DNA of 62,475 nucleotides, filler included, from Parachlamydiales bacterium (GTDB lineage Bacteria; Chlamydiota; Chlamydiia; Chlamydiales; Parachlamydiaceae): NCBI GenBank assembly GCA_020051075.1. It is 5 parts of 5 records of this genome, joined end to end, with 100 filler letters (N's around TTAATTAATTAA, not from the genome) between each part and the next. Parts side by side here need not be neighbours in the genome. Positions count along the whole stretch, not along the records: positions 56,984 to 62,475 come from JAGVJP010000076.1; 4 more parts are not named here. One strand, 5' to 3'. Shown piece by piece: positions 59,483 to 62,475 of this stretch (position 1 is its first letter; each line of letters starts with the position of its first letter). The notes under the pieces were generated by a model. It saw only the letters and a program-made list of their open reading frames with translations, ran no database searches and was not told where the DNA came from. The position numbers and the translations under genes were made by a program.

Positions 59483-61672
59483 ATGTTAGACGAATCCACT
59501 GCTCATTTACGTGAAATTATAGATGAGGCTTCTAGCCTGATGACGGTGTATTTCAAAAATCCTGTTACTTTTTCAAAGGTTATTCAGCTTAGCGAACCCG
59601 ACCGACGCAATGTGATTTTGAGATTACTGATTGAAAATCCTCAAGAAGGGATGCCTAAAACAATAATATTAAAACAAAACGTTGCCGAGACAAATAAATT
59701 CGATATCGCTAAAACTGAAACAGAAATAGAAAAATTAAGTCGATTTGCTCATGACTGGGCGGGAATCGAGTTCCTAACAGAAATAGGATGTGACCATGCC
59801 CCGCATTTTTATGCTGGAAGCTTGAAGCATAAATTTATACTCATTGAAGATTTAGGGCTCTCACATCCAAGCCTTGTAGGGCCATTGACACGCTCACCCA
59901 CTGTTGCAAACGTTCATGAGGCAGAAGCTGCTTTAATTGCTTATGTGAGACGAATAGGGAAAATGCAAGTAGATACTTTAGGAAAATCCAACCAGTTTAC
60001 GGCTATTTTAAATCGCATTTACCCACAATCTCACCGCTTTAACTTTCTTACAGAAGTTGACGTCTCTGATATGATCAGTCAATTTAAACGATTAGTTGGA
60101 TGTGAATCGAAAGAATTAAGCCAAGAAATACAAGATGTCTTTGAGTTTTCTAAAACTCACAGTGATTTTCATGTTCTTTTGCATGGTGATATTTGCCCTG
60201 ATAACGTGTATTATCAAGGCAGAGAAATTAAGCTTATCGATTTTGAGTTTGGGGATTTTGGAAACGCGCTAATTGATGGCGTCTATCTACGCATGAATAT
60301 GCCTAGCTGCTGGTGCTCTAAAGCTGTTCCACAACCTATCCTTGATAAGATGGAAGCGGCCTATAGAGAAGAATTAATAAAAGGAATACCCGCAGCATTC
60401 GATGACGTAGCGTATAACAAACAATTAATCTATGCATGTGCTTACTGGTTAATCAGAACCATAAGTACAATTGATGTCGAACATGAATGGATTTGTCCAA
60501 GTGGACCTGTTGATTCAGACTCGGAATGGGACCCTAAAGAAAATGGATTTCGACCAAGGATTTTGTCAAGACTCGATGCTTTTATAGCGTGTTCAAAAAG
60601 TACAGGCCATCTGCCGAAATTCTGTGAAGCTTCAACCCTCTTACTATCCCATTTAAAAAAAATCTGGCCTCAATCGCGGTATATCGATGTTTTTCCAGTT
60701 TTTAAAAATTCATCTATAGAAAAAATTGAGCAATCCCATGAGCAAATGATAGAGACCATTATAGCCAAACATTTTAAAGAGCATCCAAAATTTATTAGAC
60801 GGATGGTGATTGGCATTTGCAATGAAGTCTATGAAGTAGGTCTAAACGACAGAGAAATTATTGTCCGTCTTAGCCCCTACAATAAATTCTTGATGGGATC
60901 ACACGACCATATACCTAAATTCAAGGTTTTAGGCATTAAGGTTCCTGAAATTTTATTCGAGGATTATAGAAAAGACATAATTCCACTCTCTTACCAAATT
61001 CAGAGCAAAATTCAAGGTCAAGATTTAGGAGAGGTAATAGAAAACCTATCTGATAAGCATCTCATGGCATTAGCGCAGGAAGTGGCTCATATTTTTAAGA
61101 TGGTAAAAACGATACCATCCTCCGATAAATTCGGTGTTATTTGGGGAGGGGGTGAAGATGAGATTAGTGATAGCTGGACAGAACGTATGCAGATTTGGAT
61201 AGAAGAATCAAAGCAAAGGGGAATGAAAACAGGTGTGATGGATTCCGACATGGAAGCTCTTGCAGACAATTTATATAAACGCTACAAGCGTTACTTCAGT
61301 AGAATCACACCCACAACATATTATGGAGATATTTGTTCTAAAAACATAATGATTCAAAATGGAATTTTCAGCGGTTTAGTCGATTTAGACGGACTCACGC
61401 AAGGAGATCCTTTAGAGGCTATAGGAAGAATTAAGCTCTCTTGGTACGGAACTCGTCATGGCGAATTGTATACTAATGCGATTATGGATGAGCTAGAGCT
61501 TACTCTCGAACAAAGAGAGCTCGTTACAATGTATGCTCTGCTGAATAAAATTTCCTGGGCTTGTGAAAACGGTATTCAGTTTAATCAAAACACAAAAGCG
61601 GAAATAGATCAGAAAAAAAAGCAAATAGACTTAGCAGTTATAAAAATGTTGGCAGCAGAGCTAAAGCTGTAA
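59483..61672 (+). CDS. Fusion of two aminoglycoside-phosphotransferase/choline-kinase-like domains
   Basis: Domain 1 HGDICPDNV...LIDFE; domain 2 YGDICSKNIM...LVDLD; GGAG upstream of ATG 59483. Confidence 0.85.
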   Translation: MLDESTAHLREIIDEASSLMTVYFKNPVTFSKVIQLSEPDRRNVILRLLIENPQEGMPKTIILKQNVAETNKFDIAKTETEIEKLSRFAHDWAGIEFLTEIGCDHAPHFYAGSLKHKFILIEDLGLSHPSLVGPLTRSPTVANVHEAEAALIAYVRRIGKMQVDTLGKSNQFTAILNRIYPQSHRFNFLTEVDVSDMISQFKRLVGCESKELSQEIQDVFEFSKTHSDFHVLLHGDICPDNVYYQGREIKLIDFEFGDFGNALIDGVYLRMNMPSCWCSKAVPQPILDKMEAAYREELIKGIPAAFDDVAYNKQLIYACAYWLIRTISTIDVEHEWICPSGPVDSDSEWDPKENGFRPRILSRLDAFIACSKSTGHLPKFCEASTLLLSHLKKIWPQSRYIDVFPVFKNSSIEKIEQSHEQMIETIIAKHFKEHPKFIRRMVIGICNEVYEVGLNDREIIVRLSPYNKFLMGSHDHIPKFKVLGIKVPEILFEDYRKDIIPLSYQIQSKIQGQDLGEVIENLSDKHLMALAQEVAHIFKMVKTIPSSDKFGVIWGGGEDEISDSWTERMQIWIEESKQRGMKTGVMDSDMEALADNLYKRYKRYFSRITPTTYYGDICSKNIMIQNGIFSGLVDLDGLTQGDPLEAIGRIKLSWYGTRHGELYTNAIMDELELTLEQRELVTMYALLNKISWACENGIQFNQNTKAEIDQKKKQIDLAVIKMLAAELKL

Positions 61673-61740
61673 AATGATTGTGAAAATTCTTTCTATCACT
61701 TAGAAATGATTTGATTATCAAAAACATGAAGGAGAGTTCA

Positions 61741-62475
61741 ATGAACAAATTATTCGTCTGCGCGTTTTTCATCATTGTGCTATTGTCAACCTCTCTAAAG
61801 GGAAATATCTTTGTGGATGTCCCCTCTGCATTACCAAATGATCCTAGAGAACTGTATTTAGATTTAATCAAAAGAACTATTTTGAACACAATTTATGAAG
61901 ACCACCCCGGTAGAGAGGAAGGAACGGATTGGCCTGAAATAGCTCATTCAATGATTGGGAAGAAGCGATTAAATAATATACACGAATGCATGAAGCAAAT
62001 CTTGGAATTGAATATTCCTGGAGATTGCATTGAAACTGGCGTGTGGCGAGGCGGTGCCTGTATATTCATGCGAGCTGTCTTAAAAGCGTATGGTGACGAA
62101 ACAAGGAAGGTTTGGGTCGCCGATTCTTTTGAAGGACTGCCTCCTCCAAATTCGTCAAAATATCCAAGAGATGAAGGCTGGAATTTGTTTCAATATCCTA
62201 TCTTGGCTGTGTCTCTAGAGCAAGTTCAAAAGAATTTTGACAAATATGGTTTACTAGACAACCAAGTTGTCTTTCTCAAAGGACTCTTCAAAGACACTCT
62301 TCCTGGTGCGCCTATTGAGCAAATAGCTCTACTGAGGCTTGATGGAGATCTATATGAATCAACAATGGATGCTCTGGTGAACCTTTATCCAAAATTATCA
62401 ATAGGGGGCTTTATTATTATTGATGATTACGGTGTAATTGAGCCCTGTAGAGTGGCTGTACACGATTATCGAAAA
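61741..62475 (+). CDS. TylF/MycF/NovP-family O-methyltransferase with signal-like leader, 3'-partial (not in the ORF track)
   Basis: Manual translation MNKLFVCAFFIIVLLSTSLKG...WPEIAHSMIG...GDCIETGVWRGG...VADSFEGLP...LRLDGDLYEST...IDDYG; AGGAG RBS. Confidence 0.9.
   Translation, partial: MNKLFVCAFFIIVLLSTSLKGNIFVDVPSALPNDPRELYLDLIKRTILNTIYEDHPGREEGTDWPEIAHSMIGKKRLNNIHECMKQILELNIPGDCIETGVWRGGACIFMRAVLKAYGDETRKVWVADSFEGLPPPNSSKYPRDEGWNLFQYPILAVSLEQVQKNFDKYGLLDNQVVFLKGLFKDTLPGAPIEQIALLRLDGDLYESTMDALVNLYPKLSIGGFIIIDDYGVIEPCRVAVHDYRK

Overview
Five contig pieces of a draft genome joined by artificial 100-nt N/TTAATTAATTAA linkers (8480, 20227, 40606, 56884), so adjacency across linkers is not biological. 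Gene content suggests an environmental Chlamydiae (Parachlamydiales-like) endosymbiont (inference). It includes kdsD, lpxK, gmhA, icd, nhaD, an RNA-modification cluster, a MoxR/DUF58 operon, a MacAB-TolC-type exporter, many eukaryote-like ankyrin/TPR/phosphatase proteins, and many short palindromic REP/MITE-like repeats. The standout is an NLR-like protein of architecture Ser-rich leader-ankyrin-patatin phospholipase-NB-ARC/STAND NTPase-TPR-CaaX (14253..18641, ends CVIA). A paralog starts directly downstream (19204..gap). Its missing C-terminal part appears to be the ORF at the end of another contig (56883..53229, minus strand), which has a degenerate patatin and ends CAIL. This suggests a tandem active/pseudo-enzyme pair of host-prenylated NLR-like effectors, transcribed divergently from an HscC + J-domain-ankyrin chaperone pair. 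No rRNA, tRNA or CRISPR array was recognised.
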